Shown here piece by piece: positions 27,287 through 35,234 of a stretch of DNA of 64,000 bases (the stretch's first letter is position 1; every line of letters begins with the position of its first letter). This DNA comes from Roseomonas sp. (GTDB lineage Bacteria > Pseudomonadota > Alphaproteobacteria > Acetobacterales > Acetobacteraceae), in assembly GCA_036499545.1 (NCBI GenBank), contig DASYDR010000095.1, forward strand, positions 396 to 64,395, in the 5' to 3' direction. Both the position numbers and the translations under genes were made by a program. The notes below the pieces were generated by a model. The model was given only the letters and a program-made list of their open reading frames with translations. It was not told the DNA's origin and ran no database searches.

Positions 27287-27640
27287 ATGTCCTATGTCGA
27301 CGGCTTTGTCGTAGCCGTGCCGAAGCAGAAGCTCGAAGCCTACAAGGCGATGGCTCGCACCGCGGGTGCGGTCTGGAAGGAACACGGGGCGCTCGCCTAT
27401 GTGGAATGCCTCGCCGATGATGTGCCCTATGGCGAGCGCACCTCCTTTCCGCGCGCGGTGCAGGCGACGGAGGATGAGGTCGTCGTCTTCTCCTGGGTCG
27501 TCTACCCGTCCCGCGCGGCGCGCGACGCGACCATGGCCAAGGTGATGGCGGATCCCCGCCTGGACCATGATCCCGCGACCATGCCGTTCGATGGCAAGCG
27601 CCTGATCCATGGCGGCTTCGAGGCCTTCCTCGAGCTGTAA
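27287..27640 (+). CDS. DUF1428 (YbaA-like) protein
   Basis: MSYVDGFVVAVPKQKLEAY..A..VWKEHGAL.YVEC.ADDVP.G..TSFPRAV..E.VVFSW..MPFDGKRLIHGGF. GAGGAGG RBS. Confidence 0.9.
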   Translation: MSYVDGFVVAVPKQKLEAYKAMARTAGAVWKEHGALAYVECLADDVPYGERTSFPRAVQATEDEVVVFSWVVYPSRAARDATMAKVMADPRLDHDPATMPFDGKRLIHGGFEAFLEL

Positions 27641-27742
27641 CGCGGTGCGGGGCGCGAGAGTGCCCTCGCTGTTGCTTTACTAGCGCTGCCCGCTTGTCTT
27701 CCATCTGCCCGTTCGCGGGCCAGTCCATATGGGAAAACCACC

Positions 27743-28165
27743 ATGGCCAAGCTGATCTTCGTCAACCTGCCCGTCAGCGACCTGCCGCGCGCGACCGCCT
27801 TCTATGAAGCAGTGGGTGCCGTGAAGAACCCGCAGTTCAGCGACGATACGGCATCCTGCATGGTCTTTTCCGAGACCATCCACGCGATGCTGCTGACCCA
27901 TGAGAAGTTCCGCCAGTTCACGCCGAAGCCCATCGCCGACGCCAGGACAACCAGCGAGGTGCTGATCTGCCTTTCCGCCGAGAGCCGGGCCGAGGTGGAT
28001 TCGGTGGTGGACAGGGCCGTGGCTGCCGGCGGCCGCGCCGAGCCCGGCCCGACGCAGGATTTCGGCTTCATGTATGGCCGCAGCTTCGAGGATCCGGACG
28101 GCCATATCTGGGAGCTGATGTGGATGGACGTCGCCGCGGCGCAGGCCGCGATGGCGCAGTCCTGA
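27743..28165 (+). CDS. VOC/glyoxalase family protein
   Basis: IFVNLPVSDL..FY..G..NPQFSDD.A..DFGFMYGRSFEDPDGHIWE. Confidence 0.9.
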   Translation: MAKLIFVNLPVSDLPRATAFYEAVGAVKNPQFSDDTASCMVFSETIHAMLLTHEKFRQFTPKPIADARTTSEVLICLSAESRAEVDSVVDRAVAAGGRAEPGPTQDFGFMYGRSFEDPDGHIWELMWMDVAAAQAAMAQS

Positions 28166-28175
28166 CCTGATGCCG

Positions 28176-28205
28176 GCATCGGCGGAAAGGCTCTTCCGCC
28201 GATGC
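28176..28205. terminator. Hairpin between convergent genes
   Basis: gcatcggcggaa-aggctc-ttccgccgatgc, a perfect 12-bp stem. Confidence 0.6.
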
Positions 28206-28245
28206 TGCCGCGGCGCACGAAACCCTGCCGCCGCGATAGCGCGGA

Positions 28246-29838
28246 TCAGCCCTTGCGCAGGTTGGTGAAGACCGGCACGCCGTCCAGCATGCCGGTCAGG
28301 GTCTTGCGATAGGCGACCGGCTGCGCGTATTGCCCGAGTGCCATGAAGGGCACCTCCTGCCGGTAGGTCAGCTGGATCTCGCGGCTGATCGCCTGCTGTG
28401 CTTCGCGCGTTTCCGCGTCCAGCCAGCGCCCGCGCAGCGCGTCGAGGGCGGGGATATTGGCCCAGCCGACGGAGAAGGCGGTGCCGTTCACGCGCAGGCC
28501 GGTATGGGTGGCCGGAATCGCGACGTCGCAGCCGGCGGCGTAGGTGCAATGGCAGCTCCAGCCGCCTTCATCGATCGGGCGGCGATTGGTGATGCGCTGG
28601 TTGAGCGTGCCCCAATCCGTGGAGACGAAATCGACGTTCATGCCGAGCTGGCGCATCACCTGCGCCGTCACCTCGCAGACCGCGCTGACCCGCGGCACAT
28701 CCGCGCCGGACAGCAGCACCACCCGTTCCCCGCCATAGCCGGCGGCATCCAGCGCCCGCCGCAGCGCGGCGATATCGGGACGTGTGCCGGGTGGCGGCAG
28801 GCCGGCGTCATTCGCCATCGGCGTGCCCGGCGCGAAGACCCCGACCCGGTCCTGCCACAGGCTGCGGTCATTGCCGGCGACCGCGGTCATGCAATCGGCC
28901 TGGTCGATCGCCTGCATGACGACCCGCCGCACCGCCGGATTGTCGAAGGGCGGATAGAGGTGGTTCACCCGCAGATGGCCGATCATGCCGGTGTGGTCCT
29001 TCACCTCCACCGCGATATCGCGGGAACGGCGGAGCACCGGCAGCAGATCGATCAGCGGCTGTTCGATCCAGTCGACCGCGCCCGATTGCAGCGCCGCCGC
29101 GGCGGTCGCCGGATCCGAGATGACATTGAACTCGATGCGGTCGAAATGCGCGACGCGCGGGCCGGCGGTCTGGCTGGCGATGCCGTCGGATCGCGGCACG
29201 TAGCCTTCGTGCCGGGCATAGACCACGCGGGCGCCGGCGACCCGTTCTTCCGTCACGAAGCGATAGGGGCCGCTGCCGATCACCTCGGTCACCTGGGTGA
29301 AGGGATCGGTCAGCGCCAGGCGCTCCGGCATGATCACCGGCACCTGGGTGCTGAAGCGGCCGAGCGCGGTCGGCAGCAGCGGGAACGGGCGCTTGAGGCG
29401 AAAGACGATGGTGCGGTCATCGGCGGCGGACAGCTCGTCGATGGCGGCGGCGAGCAACTGGCCGAAGACATCGCGCTTGCCCCAGCGGGCGACGGAGGCG
29501 GCACAGTCGCGGGCGAGCACCGGCGTGCCGTCGTGGAAGCGCAGCCCGTCCCGCAGCGTCAGCCGCCAGAGCCTGCCGTCATTCTCGACGACATGGCCCG
29601 CGACCATCTGCGGCTGCACCGAGAAGTCCGCGGCGGTGCCGTAGAGCGTGTCGAAGGCGGCCAGGGCATGGGTCCGGGTCGCGAGGGTGCTGGACCAGAC
29701 CGGGTCGACGACCGCGACATCCGCATAGGGGACGAAGCGGAGGATGCGCTGATCCTGGGCGCGCGCGACCCGCGGCGCGGCGAAGGGCACGGCGGCGAGG
29801 GCGGCCGTGGCGGCCCGGAGAACTTGGCGACGCTGCAT
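28246..29838 (-). CDS. ABC transporter substrate-binding protein, family 5
   Basis: MQRRQVLRA Tat-like leader, DPVWS, FDTLYG, LRDGLRFHDGTPVLARDCAAS, IGSGPYRF. Confidence 0.9.
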   Translation of the reverse strand: MQRRQVLRAATAALAAVPFAAPRVARAQDQRILRFVPYADVAVVDPVWSSTLATRTHALAAFDTLYGTAADFSVQPQMVAGHVVENDGRLWRLTLRDGLRFHDGTPVLARDCAASVARWGKRDVFGQLLAAAIDELSAADDRTIVFRLKRPFPLLPTALGRFSTQVPVIMPERLALTDPFTQVTEVIGSGPYRFVTEERVAGARVVYARHEGYVPRSDGIASQTAGPRVAHFDRIEFNVISDPATAAAALQSGAVDWIEQPLIDLLPVLRRSRDIAVEVKDHTGMIGHLRVNHLYPPFDNPAVRRVVMQAIDQADCMTAVAGNDRSLWQDRVGVFAPGTPMANDAGLPPPGTRPDIAALRRALDAAGYGGERVVLLSGADVPRVSAVCEVTAQVMRQLGMNVDFVSTDWGTLNQRITNRRPIDEGGWSCHCTYAAGCDVAIPATHTGLRVNGTAFSVGWANIPALDALRGRWLDAETREAQQAISREIQLTYRQEVPFMALGQYAQPVAYRKTLTGMLDGVPVFTNLRKG

Positions 29839-29950
29839 TGACCCTGCTTCCCGATCCCGAAGGCGCCTGACAGCAGGTTCCCCCGCCGCGACCGGATAAG
29901 CAAGGTTCATGCCTGGGGCGCGCCGGGGCCGCCCGAATCAGCGGCCGGCA

Positions 29951-29975
29951 ACAACCTTTCCGCCCCGGAGACGTT
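29951..29975 (+). promoter_or_regulatory. Candidate EcfG/sigmaT promoter for the glycine-zipper lipoprotein
   Basis: ACAAC-N16-CGTT, about 30 bp upstream of ATG 30006. Confidence 0.4.
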
Positions 29976-30005
29976 GTCTCCCTGTCGATCAAGGAGACAG
30001 CGGTC

Positions 30006-30299
30006 ATGCGGAGGAAGCTGTTTGGAATTGCGGGCCTGGCGCTGCTGGCGCTGACGGCCTGCGGCACGAATGAGCGCGATCGGGTGCAGGGTGGCGCCGT
30101 CACCGGCGCCGCGACCGGTGCCGGCATCGGCGCCTTCGGCGGGCCGGTTGGCGCGGTCGTGGGCGGTGTGGTCGGTGGCGGCGCCGGCGCCGTGACGGCG
30201 GCGACGACCTCCCCCCAGGACGTGAACCTGGGCCGCCCGGTATGGCGGAACCCTGAGGTGCGCACGCCGCTGGACCAGAGCCGCACCACGTCGCGGTAG
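30006..30299 (+). CDS. Small glycine-zipper lipoprotein
   Basis: Lipobox LTAC followed by GGAVTGAATGAGIGAFGGPVGAVVGGVVGGGAG. AAGGAG RBS. Confidence 0.85.
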   Translation: MRRKLFGIAGLALLALTACGTNERDRVQGGAVTGAATGAGIGAFGGPVGAVVGGVVGGGAGAVTAATTSPQDVNLGRPVWRNPEVRTPLDQSRTTSR

Positions 30300-30313
30300 G
30301 CCTGGCCAGCGAA

Positions 30314-30340
30314 GGCCGCCGGGCGGAAGGCCCGGCGGCC
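30314..30340. terminator. Hairpin between convergent genes
   Basis: ggccgccgggc-ggaag-gcccggcggcc, an 11-bp stem. Confidence 0.6.
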
Positions 30341-30353
30341 GGTTATGGCTGGC

Positions 30354-31139
30354 TCAGCGCGCGACCCAGCCGCCATCGACCGAGATATGCGTCCCGGTCA
30401 CGGTCGCGGCGCCATCCGAGCACAGATAGAGCACGGCGGCGGCGATGTGCCCCGGCGTCGAGAAGCGCAGCATCGGCTGCTTCTCGGCCAGCAGCGCATG
30501 CTCTTCCTGCTGGATGGAGGTGCCGTTGGCCGCCGCGCGATCGGCGATCTGCTTCTCGACCAGTGGCGTCAGCACCCAGCCCGGGCAAACCGCGTTCACG
30601 GTGACGCCGGCATTGGCATTCTCGAGCCCGGCCACCTTGGTGAGGCCGAGGATGCCGTGCTTCGCCGCGACATAGGCGGATTTCTGCGGCGAGCCGACCA
30701 GCCCGTGCGCGGACGCGATGTTGACGACGCGGCCCCAGCCCTTGGCCTTCATCGCCGGCAGCGCCGCATGCATGCCGTAGAAGACGCCGGACAGGTTGAT
30801 CGAGAGGATCTGGTTCCACTTCGCGATCGGGAACTCCTCGATATCGGCCGTGAACTGGATGCCGGCATTGTTCACCAGGATATCGAGGCCGCCGAGTTCC
30901 GCCTGCGCGCGCGCGACCATCGCCGCGACCTCGTCCGCATTGCTGACATCGGCCGGGACGGTGATGGCGCGGATCCCGAAGCGGGCTTCCGTATCGGCGC
31001 GCAGCGCCTCGATCTCGGCCGGATCACCGAAGCCGTTGAAGACGATGTCGGCGCCGGCCTCAGCCAGCGCATGCGCGACGCCGAGGCCGATCCCGGAAGT
31101 GGATCCGGTGACCAGCGCGACCTTGCCCTTGAGGCTCAT
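30354..31139 (-). CDS. bdhA: 3-hydroxybutyrate dehydrogenase (SDR)
   Basis: VTGSTSGIGLG, DILVNNAGIQF, NIASAHGLVGS..KSAYVAAKHG, VNAVCPGWVLTPLVEKQI. Confidence 0.92.
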   Translation of the reverse strand: MSLKGKVALVTGSTSGIGLGVAHALAEAGADIVFNGFGDPAEIEALRADTEARFGIRAITVPADVSNADEVAAMVARAQAELGGLDILVNNAGIQFTADIEEFPIAKWNQILSINLSGVFYGMHAALPAMKAKGWGRVVNIASAHGLVGSPQKSAYVAAKHGILGLTKVAGLENANAGVTVNAVCPGWVLTPLVEKQIADRAAANGTSIQQEEHALLAEKQPMLRFSTPGHIAAAVLYLCSDGAATVTGTHISVDGGWVAR

Positions 31140-31341
31140 GCGGGAATTCTCCTGTGCCCGGCGGTCATGGTGACGCCGCGACACCGGCGGTGATGCCAAT
31201 GCCGCGGATGGTGCGCAATCGCGGGCGCCCCCCGGGTGCATGGCAAGTTGATGAATTTGCGCATGCTTCCATCCGACGGCGGTGTGCGGCAGTGGCGCCT
31301 TGTAGGATGTGGCACTGCCGGGCGCTTGGACTGCAAGGAGC

Positions 31342-32505
31342 ATGAGACGGATGGACGCTGTGACCAATGAAGGGATTCCGAGCCAGACAGGCTGGCGCCC
31401 CGAAGGCTGCAATCGCATCGCGCTGATGCTGCAGGGTGGTGGTGCGCTCGGTGCCTATCAGGCCGGTGTCTACCAGGCGCTGGACGAAGCGGACGTGCGG
31501 CCTGACTGGGTGTCGGGCGTGTCGATCGGCGCCATCAACGCCGCGCTGATCGCCGGCAATCGGCCCGAGGATCGGCTGGATCGCCTGCATGCCTTCTGGA
31601 ACCGCATCACTGATCGCCGCATCTGGCTCTACACGCCGGAAGGTGACGAGTTCCGCCGCATGCGCAACGCGCAGAGCGCGCAGGCCACGATGTCACTGGG
31701 GCAGCCGGGCTTCTTCAAGCCGAACCGCCCGAGCCCCTGGGCGTCGCAGCGCGGCGCCAGCACCGCGACCGCGATCTACGACACCTCCCCGCTGCGGCAG
31801 ACGCTGCTGGAGCTGGTGGACTGGGATTACCTGAACCAAGGCCGCATGCGTTTCGCGGTCGGCGCGGTCAACGTGCTGACCGGCAATTTCGCCTATTTCG
31901 ACAATACCCTGGGCGAGATCGGGCCGGAGCATGTGATGGCCTCCGGCGCGCTGCCGCCGGCGCTGCCGATGGTCCGTGTCGGCACGGATTATTTCTGGGA
32001 TGGCGGCCTCGTCTCCAACACGCCGCTGCAGCACCTGCTCGACGCGCCGGACCAGCGCAGCACGCTGGTGTTCCAGGTCGATCTCTTCTCCGCCCGCGGT
32101 CCGCTGCCGCGGGACATGGAGGATGTGCTCGGGCGCCACAAGGACATCCAGTACTCCTCCCGCACGCGGGCCATCACCGACTACCAGCGCCGGCTGCATG
32201 GATTGCGCCTGAAGCTGAAGCAGGCCTATGCGCGGCTGCCGGACGACCAGCTGAGCGATGCGGAGCGGGCGCTGAAGGCTGAGCTGGAGCACCTGCCCTC
32301 GGTCAACATCCTGCAGATGATCTATCAGCAGAAGGCCTATGAGGGGCACGCGAAGGATTACGAGTTCAGCCGCACCAGCATGCGCGAGCATTGGGAGAGC
32401 GGCTATGAGGACACGCGCCGCGCCATGAAGCGCCGGGACTGGATGGCGATGCCGGACGATGGCGCCATCGTCACGCATGACGTGCATCGGATGACCGGCG
32501 GCTGA
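31342..32505 (+). CDS. Patatin-like phospholipase with DUF3734-type C-terminus
   Basis: QGGGALGAYQAGV, GVSIG (GxSxG), WDGG, and C-terminal KDYEFSRTSMREHW..GY.DT. Confidence 0.88.
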   Translation: MRRMDAVTNEGIPSQTGWRPEGCNRIALMLQGGGALGAYQAGVYQALDEADVRPDWVSGVSIGAINAALIAGNRPEDRLDRLHAFWNRITDRRIWLYTPEGDEFRRMRNAQSAQATMSLGQPGFFKPNRPSPWASQRGASTATAIYDTSPLRQTLLELVDWDYLNQGRMRFAVGAVNVLTGNFAYFDNTLGEIGPEHVMASGALPPALPMVRVGTDYFWDGGLVSNTPLQHLLDAPDQRSTLVFQVDLFSARGPLPRDMEDVLGRHKDIQYSSRTRAITDYQRRLHGLRLKLKQAYARLPDDQLSDAERALKAELEHLPSVNILQMIYQQKAYEGHAKDYEFSRTSMREHWESGYEDTRRAMKRRDWMAMPDDGAIVTHDVHRMTGG

Positions 32506-32525
32506 TTGCCGGGGCCGGAAAGAAG

Positions 32526-32550
32526 CCCGCCCCGCGACGCGCGGGGCGGG
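32526..32550. terminator. Hairpin between convergent patatin and adc
   Basis: cccgccccgcg-acg-cgcggggcggg, an 11-bp stem. Confidence 0.6.
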
Positions 32551-32569
32551 TTGGCGGCTCGGGGCTGAT

Positions 32570-33310
32570 TCAGCCCAGATAGTCGTGCAGCACGCGGCCG
32601 AAAGGCAGCGTCAGGTCGGCGATGTAGTGGGTGCCGCCGATCACTTCACGCACCGGCAGGTCGGCGACCGGCGCATTGGCATGCGGCACCAGGTGCAGCC
32701 GCGCCGGGCTGGTCCAGGCGCCCTTCAGCGTGATCTCGGTTAGCTCGTAGCCGACCAGCTGGCAGATCGCCGGATTGCCGTCGACATGCGGGATCAGCTT
32801 CAGGTTGATCTGGGTCTTGGTCATCGCGGCCATCATCGCGGCCGTGTCGGTGACCTGGTTGTGCTTGTACGCCATGGTGCCGGTGGCGACGCGTTCGCCC
32901 GCATAGTCCAGCGTGCCGACCACGGTGTCGGTCTTCAGGTGGAACTTCGGGTGCGCGTACTTCTTCGGGAAGCCCCAGATCTCGCGGCCGGCGGCGATCG
33001 GCGCTTCATCGTCGAGATACATCTGGGCGGTGAAATTGCAGTTCTTGCCCTGGAAGCGGCAGGGGATCACCACGCCGGTCTCGGTGTAGTTGCCGAAGCC
33101 GGAGCTGTCCGGCATGCGGATCCACTCGTAATGCACGACCGCATCCGCGAGCGGCTCCAGCGGCTCGGGCAGGGCGGCGCGGATCGCGGCCGCATCGGTC
33201 AGATAGGAGATGATGAAGTACTCGCGGTCCACGAAGCGGTAGGGGCCGCGCGGGAAACTCGGGCTCGCGAGCGGCATGGAAGGCGCGCGCAGGATCTCGT
33301 CGGGCGTCAT
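32570..33310 (-). CDS. adc: Acetoacetate decarboxylase
   Basis: MPLASPSFPRGPYRFVDREY, EWIRMPDSSGFGNYTETG, AGREIWGFPKK (Schiff-base Lys pair), NLKLIPHVDG. Confidence 0.92.
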   Translation of the reverse strand: MTPDEILRAPSMPLASPSFPRGPYRFVDREYFIISYLTDAAAIRAALPEPLEPLADAVVHYEWIRMPDSSGFGNYTETGVVIPCRFQGKNCNFTAQMYLDDEAPIAAGREIWGFPKKYAHPKFHLKTDTVVGTLDYAGERVATGTMAYKHNQVTDTAAMMAAMTKTQINLKLIPHVDGNPAICQLVGYELTEITLKGAWTSPARLHLVPHANAPVADLPVREVIGGTHYIADLTLPFGRVLHDYLG

Positions 33311-33348
33311 CGTCCGGTTTTCCGTTCGTTCGGGGGAGGGAGAAAAGG

Positions 33349-33378
33349 CAAAGGCGCCGAGGGTGCCCGGCGCCTTTG
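33349..33378 (-). terminator. Rho-independent terminator-like hairpin downstream of pit
   Basis: caaaggcgccg/cggcgcctttg 11-bp stem, followed on the minus strand by ccttttct. Confidence 0.6.
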
Positions 33379-33471
33379 TTTGGAGCAGACCCCGTCCGCG
33401 CGATCCCGCGCGGACGGATGAACATGGCCGTGGAGGAGAGGCGGGCGACCGGCCCGCTTCTCCCCGCGCCG

Positions 33472-35100
33472 TCACATGATCTGGCGCAGCAGGAAGTAGA
33501 GGCTGCCCGCCAGCGCGATCGCCGCCGGCAGGGTCAGCACCCAGGCCATCAGCATGCTGCGCACGGTCGACCACTGCAGGCCGGAGCCGCTGGCCGCCAT
33601 GCAGCCGGCGACGCCGGAGGACAGCACGTGGGTGGTGGAGACCGGCAGGTGGTAGACGTCGGCCGCGCCGATGGTCGCGGCCGCGACCAGCTCCGCCGCC
33701 GCGCCCTGCGCGTAGGTCATGTGGGTCTTGCCGATCTTCTCGCCGACCGTCACCACGATGCGCTTCCAGCCCACCATGGTGCCGAGGCCGAGCGCCAGCG
33801 CCACGGTCACCTTCACCCAGAGCGGGATGAACTTGGTGCCGTTGTCGAGGGTCGAGCGGTAGGCGCTGAGAGAGGTGGCTTCCTGCGCGGTGAAGGTGAC
33901 GCCATGGCTCGGCATCAGGCGGATCGCGTCGGAGACCAGGTACATGTCGTTGCGCATGTTGCTGGTGGCGGCGGCCGGCACATGGCTGATGGCGCCGTAC
34001 TGCTGCACCTGGCGGCCGATGTCGCTGGTCAGCGAGGCCAGGGCGCCGAAGGTCTGGTTGCCATCGAAGCTGCGGTCGCGGATGGCGTCACCGATCATCG
34101 TCCGGGCCTGGTCGGCCGGGAGCTGCTGGCCCTGGGCGCGGGCTTCGAAGATGGTGGTCGCCTGCGTCGTCGCCTGCACGAAGGCCGGCATCTGGCTGTC
34201 CGGAATGGCGCGGTTCAGCGCATAGGCGGTCGGCACCGCGCCGATCAGGATGAGCATGATCAGACCCATGCCCTTCTGGCCGTCATTGGAGCCGTGCGCG
34301 AAGGACACGCCGGTGCAGGTGAAGATCAGCAGGCCGCGGATCCACAGCGGCGGCGGGGCGTTGGCCGCCGGCGCCTCGTAGAGCGCCTTGTTGCGGATCA
34401 GCGCCTTCATCGCCAGGAGCAGCAGCGCCGCGCAGCCGAAGCCGACGAGCGGGCTCAGCAGCAGCGCCTGGAAGGTGCTGGTCGCCTGCGACCAGTCGAC
34501 GCCCGAGGTCGCGCTGCCGGCCGGCGCCATCAGCTGGTTGGCGAGGCCGACGCCCATGATGGAGCCGATCAGCGTGTGGGAGGAGGAGGCCGGCAGGCCC
34601 AGCGCCCAGGTGCCGAGGTTCCAGATGATCGCCGAGATCAGCAGCGCGAAGATCATCGCGAAGCCGGCGCCGCTGCCGACCTGCAGGATCAGCTCCACCG
34701 GCAGCAGGCTGATGATGCCGAAGGCGACGCCGCCGGCCGAGGTCAGCACGCCGAGGAAGTTGAAGAAGCCCGACCACATCACCGCGACGGTGGGCGGCAG
34801 GCTGTGGGTGTAGATGACGGTCGCGACAGCGTTGGCGGTGTCGTGGAAGCCGTTCACGAACTCGAAGCCGAGCGCGATCAGCAGCGCGATGCCCAGCATC
34901 ACGAAGGCGCCGATCGCCAGCGGCTCGGCGCCGGCGTCGTTCATGTCACCCAGCACGCTGTGCACGGTGTAGGCGATGCCGCCCAGCAGGATGGCGAGGA
35001 AGATCAGAGCCGCGGCGAAATGCGGCTTCTGATCGAGTTCGGGGCGGTGGACATCAGCGGGTGTGTCCACTGGCCTGGCGGCCATGACGGCGTCGGACAT
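33472..35100 (-). CDS. pitA: Inorganic phosphate transporter (PiT family)
   Basis: FEFVNGFHDTANAVATV, SSSHTLIGS, FAHGSNDGQKGMG, LPVSTTHVLSSGV. Start set at ATG 35100. Confidence 0.93.
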   Translation of the reverse strand: MSDAVMAARPVDTPADVHRPELDQKPHFAAALIFLAILLGGIAYTVHSVLGDMNDAGAEPLAIGAFVMLGIALLIALGFEFVNGFHDTANAVATVIYTHSLPPTVAVMWSGFFNFLGVLTSAGGVAFGIISLLPVELILQVGSGAGFAMIFALLISAIIWNLGTWALGLPASSSHTLIGSIMGVGLANQLMAPAGSATSGVDWSQATSTFQALLLSPLVGFGCAALLLLAMKALIRNKALYEAPAANAPPPLWIRGLLIFTCTGVSFAHGSNDGQKGMGLIMLILIGAVPTAYALNRAIPDSQMPAFVQATTQATTIFEARAQGQQLPADQARTMIGDAIRDRSFDGNQTFGALASLTSDIGRQVQQYGAISHVPAAATSNMRNDMYLVSDAIRLMPSHGVTFTAQEATSLSAYRSTLDNGTKFIPLWVKVTVALALGLGTMVGWKRIVVTVGEKIGKTHMTYAQGAAAELVAAATIGAADVYHLPVSTTHVLSSGVAGCMAASGSGLQWSTVRSMLMAWVLTLPAAIALAGSLYFLLRQIM

Positions 35101-35159
35101 CGACGAGGGGCTCCTGGAGCGGGGATGCCTCCACCTATCGCGTGCCGATCCGTGCTCGG

Positions 35160-35188
35160 ATGACGGTTGCAAGACAGTCTCGTGAAGA
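35160..35188 (-). promoter_or_regulatory. Pho box upstream of pit
   Basis: Minus strand TCTTCAC-gaga-CTGTCTT-gcaa-CCGTCAT, 11-bp periodic, 60 bp upstream of the start. Confidence 0.6.
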
Positions 35189-35234
35189 CAAAATCGAACA
35201 ATTACAATGAGGTAAGAAATAATTTAACTAACTG

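Noticed and set aside
31286-31320. Inverted repeat cggcagtg...cactgccg between bdhA and patatin as a PhaR site
   Set aside because: It does not match the TGC-N3/4-GCA PhaR-type motifs well enough, and the 18-nt spacer is atypical.
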